From contig CAVRUC010000002.1 of the NCBI GenBank assembly GCA_963724295.1, forward strand, positions 128,001 to 192,000: DNA of 64,000 nt, in the 5' to 3' direction. Of this stretch, positions 1-9,694 are shown one piece after another (positions within the stretch are counted from its first letter, which is position 1; each line of letters starts with the position of its first letter). The DNA comes from an uncultured Chloroflexia bacterium (GTDB lineage: Bacteria > Chloroflexota > Chloroflexia > Thermomicrobiales > UBA6265). Position numbers and translations under genes: made by a program. A model generated the notes under the pieces. The model made no database searches, was not told the origin of the DNA, and was given only the letters and a program-made list of their open reading frames with translations.

Positions 1-519
1 TCCTCACTCGGATCGGTGTCGATCGATTTCCGGCTCGGTACGACCTTCATGGTCTTCGAGCACAGCCGGCACTCCTACATCGACCCGCGGCAACCGCAGT
101 CGATCGGCGACGCCATGAGGACGATCGAGTGTTCGTCGGATGAACCGTTCATGATGCAACCTGGTGATTTCGCGCTGGCCTCAACCGTGGAGAGCCTGGA
201 ACTGCCGGATGACCTGCTGGGTCGCCTGGAAGGACGTTCGTCGATCGCGCGGTTGGGAATCACGGTCCACTCCACGGCGGCGGTGTTCGAGCCGGGCTGG
301 ATCGGCACCGCGACGATGGAGTTGAGCAACCTGGGGCGGATGCCGGTGGCGCTCTACCCCGGGATGCGGATCTGCGCGTTCTCGTTTGAGGAAGTGAGCT
401 CCTCTGTTTCGGTCCCCTATCGCCTCAAACGAGGCAACAAATACGCCGGCCAGATCACGCCCCGCGCCAGTTTGCTCGCCGACGAGAACCGAGCGCTCGC
501 GGGACGCGGCCGGGGCTGA
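1..519 (+). CDS. dcd: dCTP deaminase (5'-truncated by window edge)
   Basis: SIDFRLG, LEGRSSIARLGI, FEPGWIGTATMELSN, LYPGMRIC and C-terminal KYAGQ motifs of trimeric dCTP deaminases; frame open from base 1. Confidence 0.93.
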   Translation, partial: SSLGSVSIDFRLGTTFMVFEHSRHSYIDPRQPQSIGDAMRTIECSSDEPFMMQPGDFALASTVESLELPDDLLGRLEGRSSIARLGITVHSTAAVFEPGWIGTATMELSNLGRMPVALYPGMRICAFSFEEVSSSVSVPYRLKRGNKYAGQITPRASLLADENRALAGRGRG

Positions 520-615
520 ACTGGTCCGAGGCGTCGAATGTTCGGGCGCTTGTCGTCGATGAGCGCTTCCAGTGGCAGTTCGTGGACGACCAGCACGTCC
601 TATCGGTCGGCTGGG

Positions 616-631
616 TGTTTCACGTGAAACG
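616..631. promoter_or_regulatory. parS centromere-like site
   Basis: TGTTTCACGTGAAACG, 15/16 match to the parS consensus TGTTTCACGTGAAACA; intergenic. Confidence 0.85.
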
Positions 632-709
632 CATGGAGCATCCGGCTGGCGATAGTCTCCAAGGCTGGCAGATACTTCGGTAGAGGGAGTTATTCGGCAG
701 CGCGAGATA

Positions 710-1120
710 GTGGAAACCAGGCGGGGTGCGCACGTGTCAGTCGAGATGCTGGAGCAAGTACGCGAGCGGATGCTGCCGATGTTGCGGCTGGTGGCGGAGG
801 AATACCGGCCGCGTGTTGCCGAGGGCTACCCGATCGTCGTCGACTCGGTGGCGAACGGCGTGATCGGGATCGAGATCGATCCCAACTACGCTCTGTATGT
901 GACCACCGATGGTAACGAGCTTTTCGCCGACTACTACGTTCGCTCATCCCGGATCGACGCGCGATCGTCGGCGAGCCGCGAGAAATTCTCTGGCTCACCC
1001 CTCTATGACCGCCGTCCATTCTCGGCATACACGACCGACATCCAGCTGCGAAACATGATCGCCGAGCTGATGGCGCGGCATAACTATCAGCCCGGACTGA
1101 TTCACATCTCAGACTCGTAA
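710..1120 (+). CDS. hypothetical protein
   Basis: 136-aa ORF with protein-like composition and GC-rich third positions; start may be GTG at 734. Confidence 0.75.
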   Translation: METRRGAHVSVEMLEQVRERMLPMLRLVAEEYRPRVAEGYPIVVDSVANGVIGIEIDPNYALYVTTDGNELFADYYVRSSRIDARSSASREKFSGSPLYDRRPFSAYTTDIQLRNMIAELMARHNYQPGLIHISDS

Positions 1121-1193
1121 CTTCGGCTGGGCGCTAGGCCAGCCCCGCTTTCGGCCTTCGTGACTCGTGTTTTTGGCCGGCCGTACTGCACGG

Positions 1194-1257
1194 TGTCATC
1201 CCGAGGAACGAGGGATCTCGTCGTTGTTCCATCTTCCCGTAGCAACCACGAGATTCC
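1194..1257. repeat. REP-like element, GTCAT family
   Basis: TGTCATCCCGAGGAACGAGGGATCTCGT...ACGAGATTCC; related copies at ~3006, ~3063 (inverted), ~27605, ~28224, ~30046. Confidence 0.7.
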
Positions 1258-1300
1258 ACCTGTTTCGAAATCACGTCTAAGATTGTGTTTCACCCGGTCA

Positions 1301-1316
1301 GGTTTCACGTGAAACC
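1301..1316. promoter_or_regulatory. parS centromere-like site
   Basis: perfect palindrome GGTTTCACGTGAAACC, with a half-site TGTTTCAC at 1286. Confidence 0.85.
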
Positions 1317-1329
1317 CTGCAACCTCCCG

Positions 1330-1785
1330 CTACTCCAGCACCCAGCGATCACTCTCCCGCTCCCACGACGGCAGATCCCGGCCGGCGAAAAAGAGCGCCA
1401 CCTCCCGATCCGCACTCTCGGGTGCGTCCGAGCCGTGAATCAAGTTCCGCCCGGTCATCAATCCGAGATCGCCGCGAACCGTCCCCGGCGCCGCCTCGAC
1501 CGGATTCGTCTTGCCCATCGTGGCGCGTGTCACCGCCACGGCGTTCGGCCCCTCGAGCACCATCAAGACCACCGGACCCGACGTGATGTAGTCGATCAGT
1601 CCCGCATAGAACGGCTTGCCCTCGTGCTCGCCATAGTGACGGGCCGCCACGTCGCGATCTATGGTGCACATGTCGAGCCCCACGATCTTCAATCCGCGCC
1701 GCTCCAGCCGTCCGATGATCTCGCCCGTCAAGCCGCGTTGCACCGCGTCCGGCTTCAGAATCACCAGGGTCCGTTCAGCTGCCAC
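1330..1785 (-). CDS. ndk: nucleoside diphosphate kinase
   Basis: ERTLVILKPDAVQRGL, HYGEHEGKPFY, PGTVRGD, NLIHGSD (catalytic His); GTG start after GGAGGA. Confidence 0.97.
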   Translation of the reverse strand: MAAERTLVILKPDAVQRGLTGEIIGRLERRGLKIVGLDMCTIDRDVAARHYGEHEGKPFYAGLIDYITSGPVVLMVLEGPNAVAVTRATMGKTNPVEAAPGTVRGDLGLMTGRNLIHGSDAPESADREVALFFAGRDLPSWERESDRWVLE

Positions 1786-1987
1786 CGCCTGCACTCCTCC
1801 CCGTCTCCGAATTTCCGCCACCATCCGGCGATGAACTCGTTTCACGTGCCACGACCGGCGCCGGCCGTCGCTTTTTCGGCCGGTAGCGCACCTGATCGAG
1901 CGACCAGATCGTCACCACCACCGCGATGATCAGCGGAATCACGATCACCGCCACCGTCACCACCCACTCTCGCGTCTGCACCCTCAT
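1775..1987 (-). CDS. small single-pass membrane protein
   Basis: MRVQTREWVVTVAVIVIPLIIAVVVTIWSL then basic RYRPKKRR; overlaps the ndk start. Confidence 0.55.
   Translation of the reverse strand: MRVQTREWVVTVAVIVIPLIIAVVVTIWSLDQVRYRPKKRRPAPVVARETSSSPDGGGNSETGRSAGGGS
1838..1853. promoter_or_regulatory. degenerate parS-like site
   Basis: CGTTTCACGTGCCACG: intact GTTTCACGTG core, degenerate right arm. Confidence 0.45.
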
Positions 1988-2088
1988 CCTTTCCGTGCCA
2001 TCGACCAGCCTCTCGGTCGAGCATACCTCGTGCGACTCACGCTTCCTCGGCACTTCGCCTTGGACCTCTCAGTCGCGTGTCGCACGTC

Positions 2089-2850
2089 TCAGGCCAGAAA
2101 TCCAAGGACCAGATAGACGACCAGGAACTGCAGCGCGGTTGCCGCCAGATACCCACCCGGCCACCGCCGCAGCCCGAACGAGACCGCGCCGACCACCAGC
2201 CCGAGTGCCGCGCCACCGGCAAACGAAAGCGCCAGACTCTCCGCCGCCAGCGACGACGCGGTCAGAAAAAGGTCGCGCAATCCCCAGGAGAGACCAAACA
2301 GCGCGATCGGCAGCATCTGCGTTGCGCCGGCCGAGACGGACCGTCCAGCCACACCAAAATTGATGGCCTGATACGCGGCCGCGTCGGCCAGGCCGAAGGC
2401 CTCGAGCTTGAGCACCGGGATGAACGGACCCTGGAGCATGCGCAGAATGGCCACCGCGGTTGCCACGCCCACGATCAGGATGGTGGCTTGTTCGCGCAAT
2501 CGGCGATCGCGCTCACTCGTCGCTTCGGCGGTGCGCACCGCCATGTCGCTCGGCAAACCCTCCGGACGCTGGGCGAGATAGGCGAGCGCGAGGAGCGCCG
2601 CCAGCAACGGCGCCGCAAGTCGCACCCAGAACCAGGGGAGCGGCGTCAGGGCGATGGGTACGGCGGGGGCGCCCAGGACCACGACCACCAATGGCCAGAC
2701 CCCATGCTGGACCAGCGTCAGATTCAGCCAGCGGTACGCGCGGCGAAATGCGGACAAGCCTTCGTTAGCCAGCGACGCGTCCGCCATGGCTCGCGCATGA
2801 GGCTGACGGAGCTGGCGCGGGCTTTCTCTCTCCGGGTCGCGGTTGAGCAT
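2089..2850 (-). CDS. multi-pass membrane hypothetical protein
   Basis: 253-aa ORF with several hydrophobic segments; same strand as ndk. Confidence 0.7.
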   Translation of the reverse strand: MLNRDPERESPRQLRQPHARAMADASLANEGLSAFRRAYRWLNLTLVQHGVWPLVVVVLGAPAVPIALTPLPWFWVRLAAPLLAALLALAYLAQRPEGLPSDMAVRTAEATSERDRRLREQATILIVGVATAVAILRMLQGPFIPVLKLEAFGLADAAAYQAINFGVAGRSVSAGATQMLPIALFGLSWGLRDLFLTASSLAAESLALSFAGGAALGLVVGAVSFGLRRWPGGYLAATALQFLVVYLVLGFLA

Positions 2851-3005
2851 GGGCGAATCCTACCCGCTCATGCCGACGCCGGAACCCATACACGGTCATC
2901 CGCGGTTCCGATCATCGCTGGATCGTTGCACCCCCGGCCTGTGCTTCTCAGTCCAACGCGCACTGATGGAACCAAAGCGGTGCTCAGCGCCCACTTCGCA
3001 CAACA

Positions 3006-3089
3006 TGTCATTCCGTTGAGAACGCTAGCGAGGAATCTCGTCGTTCCTCAACCAGACTTGACACGAGCCGCCTCGTTCCCCGGGATGAC
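3006..3089. repeat. REP-like inverted doublet, GTCAT family
   Basis: TGTCATTCCG...GAGGAATCTCGTCG and inverted ACGAGCCGCCTCGTTCCCCGGGATGAC, whose reverse complement closely matches the copy at 1195. Confidence 0.7.
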
Positions 3090-3107
3090 CGAGTTGCCGT
3101 CGCCGAC

Positions 3108-3785
3108 TTAGGAAGAGGCCTCCAGGCCGATCAACGCCGGAAGCCCCGAGAGATCGGGCAGTTCGTCGTAGGGGCCGTAGGCCGGATCGCCGGTCTTTCC
3201 GTAGCGGTTGATCCAGACGCGCCTCCAGCCGAGCGCATGGGCGGGCACGATGTCGTACTCGAAGCCCTGAGCCACGTGCAGAATCTCATCGGACTGGCAT
3301 CCCAACGCTCGCAAGGCATAGCCGAAGATGACCGGCGAGGGTTTGTAGGCGCCTGCCTGTTCCGCCGTGATGACGCGATCGATGGGCACGCCGATATTCG
3401 CCATGTTGCGGGCCATGATGTCGTCGTCGCTGTTGGTGATGATCGCCAGCTTGCAGTGCTGGCGGAGCCGTTCCAGCGCCGGTGGTACGTCGGGATACGG
3501 TCCCCAGGTCGGCACGGCGGCGAGCAACGCATCCCCGTCCCCGTCCTGATAGGCGAGGCCGTACTCGCGCATGGTCTGCGCAAGCGTCTCTCGTAGGACG
3601 TCGCGATAGCGCTGGTAGGGACCGGATGTCGTGGTGCGAAAGCGCAACGCCTCGAACGCGGCAAGGAACTCGTTGATATCGACGTCGTCCGCTCGTGTCC
3701 CGAGAATCTCCCGCGTCACGCGATCGATGGGATATTCGACGAGCGTGTCATAACAATCAAACGTGATCCAGGCAGGGAGTTTCAC
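3108..3785 (-). CDS. HAD-family hydrolase (haloacid dehalogenase type II-like)
   Basis: ITFDCYDTL motif I, IITNSD, AYKPSP, ILHVAQGFEYDIVPA. Confidence 0.88.
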   Translation of the reverse strand: MKLPAWITFDCYDTLVEYPIDRVTREILGTRADDVDINEFLAAFEALRFRTTTSGPYQRYRDVLRETLAQTMREYGLAYQDGDGDALLAAVPTWGPYPDVPPALERLRQHCKLAIITNSDDDIMARNMANIGVPIDRVITAEQAGAYKPSPVIFGYALRALGCQSDEILHVAQGFEYDIVPAHALGWRRVWINRYGKTGDPAYGPYDELPDLSGLPALIGLEASS

Positions 3786-3895
3786 GCACGTCCCCAAACG
3801 CGAGACAGGCTCAGTCCATGACCGCGGCAATCGCGGGCATCGCGGACCAGGTCAAGTGCCCCGTTCTGTTGCGGGTATGCGGAACGATTCCGCGG

Positions 3896-5243
3896 CTACC
3901 CAAACGCGATCGTTAGCGGATTCTCCAGGTAGCGTTTCACGGTCTGCAGGTAACGCGCGACTTCGGCGCCGTCGGTGACCCGATGGTCGGCGGAAAGGGT
4001 GATATTCATCCGCTTGCCGGGGACGATCTCACCGTCCTCGACCACCGGCACGTCCATGATCGAGCCGATGGCCAGGATCGCAGCCTGCGGCGGGTTGATG
4101 ATGGCGATGAACTCACCCACGTCGAACATACCCAGGTTGGAGACGGTGAAGGTGCCGCCCTGGTACTCGTCCGGCGTGAGACCGCCGTTGCGGGCGCGCC
4201 CAACCAGATCCTTCGTCATGCGGGCGATGGCGATCAGCCCCTTCTGATCGGCGTCAGGCACGAAGGGCGCGATCAACCCACCTTCGATCGCCACCGCGAC
4301 GTTGATGTCGATGTTCGGGTGCTCGACGAGCTGGTCGTTCTCGAGCGAGGCGTTGAGATTCGGGTACTCCCGCAGCGCCAGCGCCGCCGCCTTGATGATC
4401 AGGTCGTTGAACGAGACCTTGGCCGCGTCGTCCGGCGCCTGGGCATTGATCTGCTCGCGCAGTGCCGCGGCGGGAGCCATATCGACTTCTGAAGTGACAT
4501 AAAAATGGGGTGCTGCTGCCTTCGACTCCGCCATGCGGCGGCCCGTGGTGCGGCGGATCTTGCTCAGCTCGCGGGGCACACCCGCCGGTCGCCCGGACGG
4601 CCCGGGCGTTGCCGCCGGTGCGGCAGCCGGTGCTCGCGCCGGCGCGGGCGTCGCGGTCTGGTCCGGAGCAGGGGAGACGCGCGGCGCGCCGGTGAGCAGC
4701 GCGGCGATATCGTCGCGCACGATGCGCCCGCCCGGACCGGTGCCGGACACGCTGGAGAGATCGATGCCGTGTTCGGCGGCCAGGCGCTTCACCAGGGGCG
4801 AGGCACGCAGCCGTTCTCCGGAGCCGGTTGCCGCTGCTACTGGGGCTGCCTGCACCGGCGCCGGCGCCGGGACATCGGCAGCGGCCCGCCCGTTGGCGCC
4901 GCTGGCGGCTGCCGCCACTGGCTCCGGTTCCGCTGCCGGCGCGGGATTCAGCGACAGGGGCCTCTTCGGCTGCTTCCGCCGGCTGCGCGCTGGCCGCGAC
5001 GTCGGCGCTCTCTTCACCGATGGCGGCGATCGGCGTGCCGATCGGCACCGTCGCGCCCTCGTCGACGTAGGTCTTGCTCAGCACGCCGGCCTCGGTCGCC
5101 TCGATCTCGAGCGAGACCTTGTCGGTTTCGATCTCGGCCAGTGGGTCCCCGACGGCGATTTCGTCGCCGACCTGCTTCAGCCAGCGGAGGAGCGTGCCCT
5201 CTTCCATCGCGTCGCCCATCTTGGGCATGATGACGTTCGGCAT
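3896..5243 (-). CDS. pdhC: pyruvate dehydrogenase E2 (dihydrolipoamide acetyltransferase); apparent +1 frameshift near 4944
   Basis: lipoyl domain [11 protein letters not shown]...ETDKV in one frame; binding domain ASPLVKRLA and catalytic [10 protein letters not shown] in another; removing one C from TCCC restores the linker [10 protein letters not shown]. Confidence 0.92.
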
Positions 5244-5262
5244 CGGGGTTTCCCTCTCAGTG

Positions 5263-6240
5263 CTACCGATAGAGGACGCGGTGCACGGCGTCGATCACCT
5301 GCTGCTCGTTCGGGAACGCCGCGATCTCCAGATTGCGGGCGTAGGGGGCCGGTGCTTCCGCGCCGCTGACGCGCTCCACCGGAGCATCGAGATCGTCGAA
5401 CGCCTGCTCCTGAACGAGGGCGGCCACCTCGGAGGCGACGCTGTACCAGCGCCATTGCTCCTGCACCACCACCGCCCGGTGCGTCTTGCGTACCGATGCG
5501 ACCAGGGTCTGCTCGTCGAAGGGGCGGATCGAGCGCAGGTCGATCACCTCGGCCGAGATTCCGTCTTCGGCCAGCCGGTCCGCTACCCGCAGCAGCATGT
5601 TCACCTGGCGTCCGTAGCCGACCAGCGTGACATCATCCCCCTCGCGGGCGACCCGCGCCTTGCCGAACGGCACCAGCACCTCGCCCTCCGGAACCTCGCC
5701 TTTGGTGCCGTAGAGCGCGCCCGCCTCCAGGAAGATGACCGGGTTGGGCTCGCGGATGGCGGTCAGCATCATCCCCTTGGCGTCGTGCGGCGTCACCGGG
5801 GAGACCACCTTCAGCCCGGGGAAGTGCCCGTAGAACCCTTCCAGGCTATGGGTGTGCTGCGCCGAGAGCTGCACGCCGCCGCCGTTTGGACCGCGGATCA
5901 CCATCGGCACGCCCGCCTGACCGGCTGAGAAATAGCGCAGCTTGGCCGCGTTCTGGATGATCTGGTCGACGGCCTGGAAGGAGAAGTTCCAGGTCATCAT
6001 CTCGACGATGGGGCGCATCCCCATCATCGCCATGCCGATCGCGGCGCCGGTGAAGCCTCCCTCGGCGATCGGCGTGTCGATCACCCGCTTCGGCCCGAAT
6101 CGGTCCAGTAGGCCATCGGTCACCAGATGCGTGCCACCATAGACGCCGATGTCCTCACCCAGGATGACGACCGACTCGTCGCGCTCCATCTCTTCCGCCA
6201 TGGCCGAGCGCAACGCCTCGCGATAGGTCATGACGGGCAT
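5263..6240 (-). CDS. pdhB: pyruvate dehydrogenase E1 beta subunit
   Basis: MTYREAL, LGEDIGVYGG, DTPIAE, MTWNFSFQAVDQI, AQHTHS, EVIDLRSIRP. Confidence 0.95.
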   Translation of the reverse strand: MPVMTYREALRSAMAEEMERDESVVILGEDIGVYGGTHLVTDGLLDRFGPKRVIDTPIAEGGFTGAAIGMAMMGMRPIVEMMTWNFSFQAVDQIIQNAAKLRYFSAGQAGVPMVIRGPNGGGVQLSAQHTHSLEGFYGHFPGLKVVSPVTPHDAKGMMLTAIREPNPVIFLEAGALYGTKGEVPEGEVLVPFGKARVAREGDDVTLVGYGRQVNMLLRVADRLAEDGISAEVIDLRSIRPFDEQTLVASVRKTHRAVVVQEQWRWYSVASEVAALVQEQAFDDLDAPVERVSGAEAPAPYARNLEIAAFPNEQQVIDAVHRVLYR

Positions 6241-6251
6241 GGGGTTCTCCG

Positions 6252-6465
6252 GGGTGATGGGACGATCGGGTGATGGGTGATGGGTGATAGGTGATAGGGG
6301 CTGGGTGGCTGGGTGGCTGGGTGGCTGGGTGGCTGGGTGGCTGGGACGGACGGCGAAGTGGCGCCACTCGGCGGAATCCAGATGACCCGCGACCCCGCGA
6401 CCCCGCGACCCTGCCACCTTGTTTCCATCACGACCCCATCACCCATGACCTATGACCCATCACCC
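6252..6465. repeat. nested short tandem repeat cassette
   Basis: GGGTGAT x4, GGCTGGGT x5-6, then ACCCCGCG x3 and CCATCAC/CCATGAC units complementary to the first block. Confidence 0.9.
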
Positions 6466-7583
6466 TCGGCATAGACATCCGTATACAGCTCTTTCAACGC
6501 CGGTTCCGGGCTCTCCTCGGCGAATCTCACCGCCTCGTCGACGACCGCCCTGGCCTCCGCCTTGATCTCGTCCAGCGTCGCTTCTTCCACACCGGCTTCC
6601 AGCAGCCGCGCTTCGACCTGACCGATCGGGTCGCGCTTGCGCCACTCCGCGATCTCCTCCTTGGTGCGATACCGCTCCAGGAAGTCGGCGGCGCCGTGCG
6701 GGGCGATGCGGTAGGTCATCGCTTCGATGGCATAGGGAGCTCCCGTCTCCCGCACCCGCTTTGTCGCTCGCTCGGCCACCTCCAGCACGGCGAAGAGGTC
6801 CATGCCGTCGACGTCTTCATGCTCGATGCCATAGGAGTCGAACTTGGCGGAGAGGTCGGTCATCGCCGTGGCGCGCTCGACGCTGGTGCCCATCCCGTAG
6901 TTGTTGTTCTCCAGAATGAACAGGGTCGGATTCATCCCGTCGCGTCCCCACAGCCCGGACAGGTTCGCCGCCTCGTGGAATGCGCCGTTGTGGATGGCAC
7001 CGTCGCCCAGATAGAGCTGAACGATGCCGTCCGTCTCCTGGTAGCGTAGGGCGTAGGCCATACCGACTCCCAGCGGAATATGCCCGCCCACGATGCCGTA
7101 GCCGCCCCACAACCCGTTCTCGACGTCGAACAGGTGCATCGAGCCGCCCTTGCCCTTTACCAGGCCGGTGCCCTTGCCGTACAGCTCGGCCATCACTTCG
7201 TTGGGGTGACTGCCGAGGAGAAGTGCGTGGGCGTGATCCCGGTAGGCGGTGATGATCTTGTCCGTACCCTCGTAGAACGAGAGAAATCCAGTGGCGACGG
7301 CCTCCTGCCCACTGTAGAGATGGAGATAACCGCCGACCTTCCCCTGCCGGAAACCGCGCTGGGCGGCATCCTCGAAGAAGCGGATCGTGTTCATCTTCCG
7401 GTAGAGGTCAAGCGTGGTTTCGGTGTCCAGGGCCTGGGGTTCGGCCCCGTTCCGTGATGGGGACCTCCGTCCCGGTCCCTTTCGCGTCTGTGTCCCCGCA
7501 CCTGCCTGTGCGCTTGTGGCTACGGGACCGTCGTCTGACGACGACGGCTTTCTCCTCCGGCTCTGGCCCTTCGTTGTCGCCAT
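6450..7583 (-). CDS. pdhA: pyruvate dehydrogenase E1 alpha subunit
   Basis: GYLHLYSGQEA, TAYRDH, GKGGSMH, GDGA...ENNNYGMGT TPP-binding motif. Confidence 0.95.
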   Translation of the reverse strand: MATTKGQSRRRKPSSSDDGPVATSAQAGAGTQTRKGPGRRSPSRNGAEPQALDTETTLDLYRKMNTIRFFEDAAQRGFRQGKVGGYLHLYSGQEAVATGFLSFYEGTDKIITAYRDHAHALLLGSHPNEVMAELYGKGTGLVKGKGGSMHLFDVENGLWGGYGIVGGHIPLGVGMAYALRYQETDGIVQLYLGDGAIHNGAFHEAANLSGLWGRDGMNPTLFILENNNYGMGTSVERATAMTDLSAKFDSYGIEHEDVDGMDLFAVLEVAERATKRVRETGAPYAIEAMTYRIAPHGAADFLERYRTKEEIAEWRKRDPIGQVEARLLEAGVEEATLDEIKAEARAVVDEAVRFAEESPEPALKELYTDVYAEGDGS

Positions 7584-7926
7584 GCGCTCGCCTCTCGCGC
7601 CTCCGGCGGATCGCGCCCGTGGTCGCGTCGCGGAATCAATGCTCGTGCCTTGAGGCGGCACGCGGTATCAGGCGGCCGCGCCGCCCGGATCGTTCCGGGA
7701 ATTGTACTGTACGGCTCGCGCCTCTCTTGACGTGGCGCGCGCATCACCACATGGACAGCAGGACTCGTGCCGCCCGGAACGGCGCCGTGAGAGGATATCG
7801 GCAATGACTCGGCGGATGGCCGATTTCGGCATGGGAATAAATCGCGGGATGAGCCATGGTGACGAGTCGGGATCGGCTGAATAGAGCGAGTGCGGCAGTC
7901 CAAGTCCTCTCCATCAGGAGACGACG

Positions 7927-9024
7927 ATGACGGTGACTGACGAAACGACGGCGCTGCCGCTCAATCTGCACGAGTACGAGGTTGCCGCTCGCTCGCTCCT
8001 CTCGCCAATGGTCTGGGAGTACGTCGCTGGTGGCTCCGGCGACCAGGTGACGTTGCGCGGTAACCGGGCGGCCTTCGATCGCTGGCGGCTGCTACCCCGG
8101 ATGCTACGCGGGCTGCGCGAGGCTTCAACGGCAACGACGATCCTCGGTCAGGATATTGCGTTCCCGGTGCTTATCGCTCCTTCGGGGCGACATCGCCTGT
8201 GCCACGATGCGGGCGAGCTCGCGACGGCTCGGGCGGCGAAGGCCGCCGGCACGATCTACACCCTGAGCACGGCGTCCACCCTCGCCATCGAGGAAGTCGC
8301 GCCCGACGCCGGGCCCTGGTGGTTCCAGCTCTACGTCTACCGGGATCGGGGAATCACGCGCGAGCTGGTGCTGCGGGCTGCCGCGGCCGGTGCCTCAGCG
8401 CTGGTGCTGACCGTCGATACGCCAATGCGCGGACGGCGGGAAGCCGAGGAGCGCACCCGGTTCGTCATGCCACCCGGCGTGGCCACGGCCCTCCTGGCGG
8501 CGCCTGAGGGGACGCTCCTTCCGGATGCGGCGAACGGCAATCCAGTCGCGGCAGAGATCAATGCCGTCTTTGATCCGACGCTCAACTGGGACGACGTGGA
8601 CTGGCTGGCCTCGCTCTCGCCGGTGGCGGTGCTGCTCAAGGGCATCCTGCATCCGGACGATGCCGTCCGAGCCGTGGAGCACGGAACCCGGGCCATCCTG
8701 GTCTCCAACCATGGGGGCCGGCAGCTCGACAGCGCGGTGGCCGCCCTCGATGCGTTGCCCGCCGTGGTGGAGGCGGTCGCCGGCCGCGCCGAGGTGCTCG
8801 TCGATGGGGGCGTGCGGCGCGGGACTGACGTGCTCACGGCGCTGGCGTTGGGAGCGCGCGCGGTGCTCATCGGCCGGCCGATCCACTGGGGGCTGGCCGT
8901 CGCTGGCGAGGCCGGGGTGCGGCATGTGCTGGAGCTGCTGCGGGCCGAGCTGGCGCTCGATTTGATGCTCTGTGGGCTGGCCAGCCCGGCCGAGGTGGAC
9001 CGCTCCCTGATCGTCCCGGCGTAA
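7927..9024 (+). CDS. FMN-dependent alpha-hydroxy acid oxidase/dehydrogenase
   Basis: WFQLY, LVLTVD, LKGILH, VSNHGGRQLD, VDGGVRRGTD, IGRP; AGGAG RBS. Confidence 0.95.
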   Translation: MTVTDETTALPLNLHEYEVAARSLLSPMVWEYVAGGSGDQVTLRGNRAAFDRWRLLPRMLRGLREASTATTILGQDIAFPVLIAPSGRHRLCHDAGELATARAAKAAGTIYTLSTASTLAIEEVAPDAGPWWFQLYVYRDRGITRELVLRAAAAGASALVLTVDTPMRGRREAEERTRFVMPPGVATALLAAPEGTLLPDAANGNPVAAEINAVFDPTLNWDDVDWLASLSPVAVLLKGILHPDDAVRAVEHGTRAILVSNHGGRQLDSAVAALDALPAVVEAVAGRAEVLVDGGVRRGTDVLTALALGARAVLIGRPIHWGLAVAGEAGVRHVLELLRAELALDLMLCGLASPAEVDRSLIVPA

Positions 9025-9231
9025 GTGACAAGACGAGACATCGCTGGCACGGCAGTCTGAGGGGAGACGCACTCACGTTCCGACGGGTAAGCCACCGACA
9101 CGAGGAGTGCAGTTTCTCCGGTATCACCCCGCTCAATTGTTGACATAAATATGCGATGGCACGGTTCGTGCGCTATCCGATACAGGACAGAAGCGCATCT
9201 GCCTCTGTTCAAACAGAAGGAGTTTTTCGCC

Positions 9232-9444
9232 ATGACCGATAGCAGTACCCGTGACCGCGCCGAAGGCCTGTTCGACCAGGGCAAGGGAAACGTGAAGCAA
9301 GGCGTAGGCGACCTCACCGACAACGAGCAGATGAAGGGTGAGGGGCAGGTCGATGAGTTGAAGGGCAAAGGCGAGCAGGCCTGGGGCGATATCAAGGACG
9401 CCGCAGGAGACCTCAAGGACAATCTAGAGGAGAAGACTCGCTAA
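9232..9444 (+). CDS. csbD: CsbD-family stress response protein
   Basis: DRAEGLFDQGKGNVKQGVGDLTDNEQMKGEGQVDELKGK; AAGGAG RBS. Confidence 0.9.
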   Translation: MTDSSTRDRAEGLFDQGKGNVKQGVGDLTDNEQMKGEGQVDELKGKGEQAWGDIKDAAGDLKDNLEEKTR

Positions 9445-9473
9445 TCAGCCCGAGTTTCCGAAATTCGGCAGCA

Positions 9474-9507
9474 ATGCGCCGGGGCACCTGCCCCGGCGCA
9501 TCGTTTT
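9474..9507 (+). terminator. intrinsic terminator
   Basis: ATGCGCCGGGGCA/TGCCCCGGCGCAT stem then CGTTTT, downstream of csbD. Confidence 0.8.
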
Positions 9508-9549
9508 GTGTCCTTGAAATGGATGCAAGCGCACCTGATTCCTGGCCGG

Positions 9550-9694
9550 CGATCTCGCGGAAGACGCGCTCTGTCTCATTGGAAGGCGTCATTCCCGTCC
9601 CCTCGCGCACGTTGCGGCGGCAGGCGGCGTAGATCGCCGTCGCCTGCGCCGGGCTGCAACCGGCCGCCAGCGACCGCATCAGCCGGCGGTAGCA
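9550..9694 (-). pseudogene. C-terminal remnant of a BTAD/SARP transcriptional activator domain
   Basis: CYRRLMRSLAAGCSPAQATAIYAACRRNVREGTGMTPSNETERVFREI resembles the BTAD end (YRxLMxxL...AxxxYxxCRxxLxxxLGxxPSxET); no upstream domain. Confidence 0.55.

Noticed and set aside
4930..4960. Programmed ribosomal frameshift in PDH E2
   Set aside because: No slippery heptamer, and the same one-base-insertion pattern occurs in many unrelated genes
6252..6465. CRISPR array in the tandem repeats (also 22304 and 50585)
   Set aside because: Units are 7-8 bp with no unique spacers, and no cas genes are present
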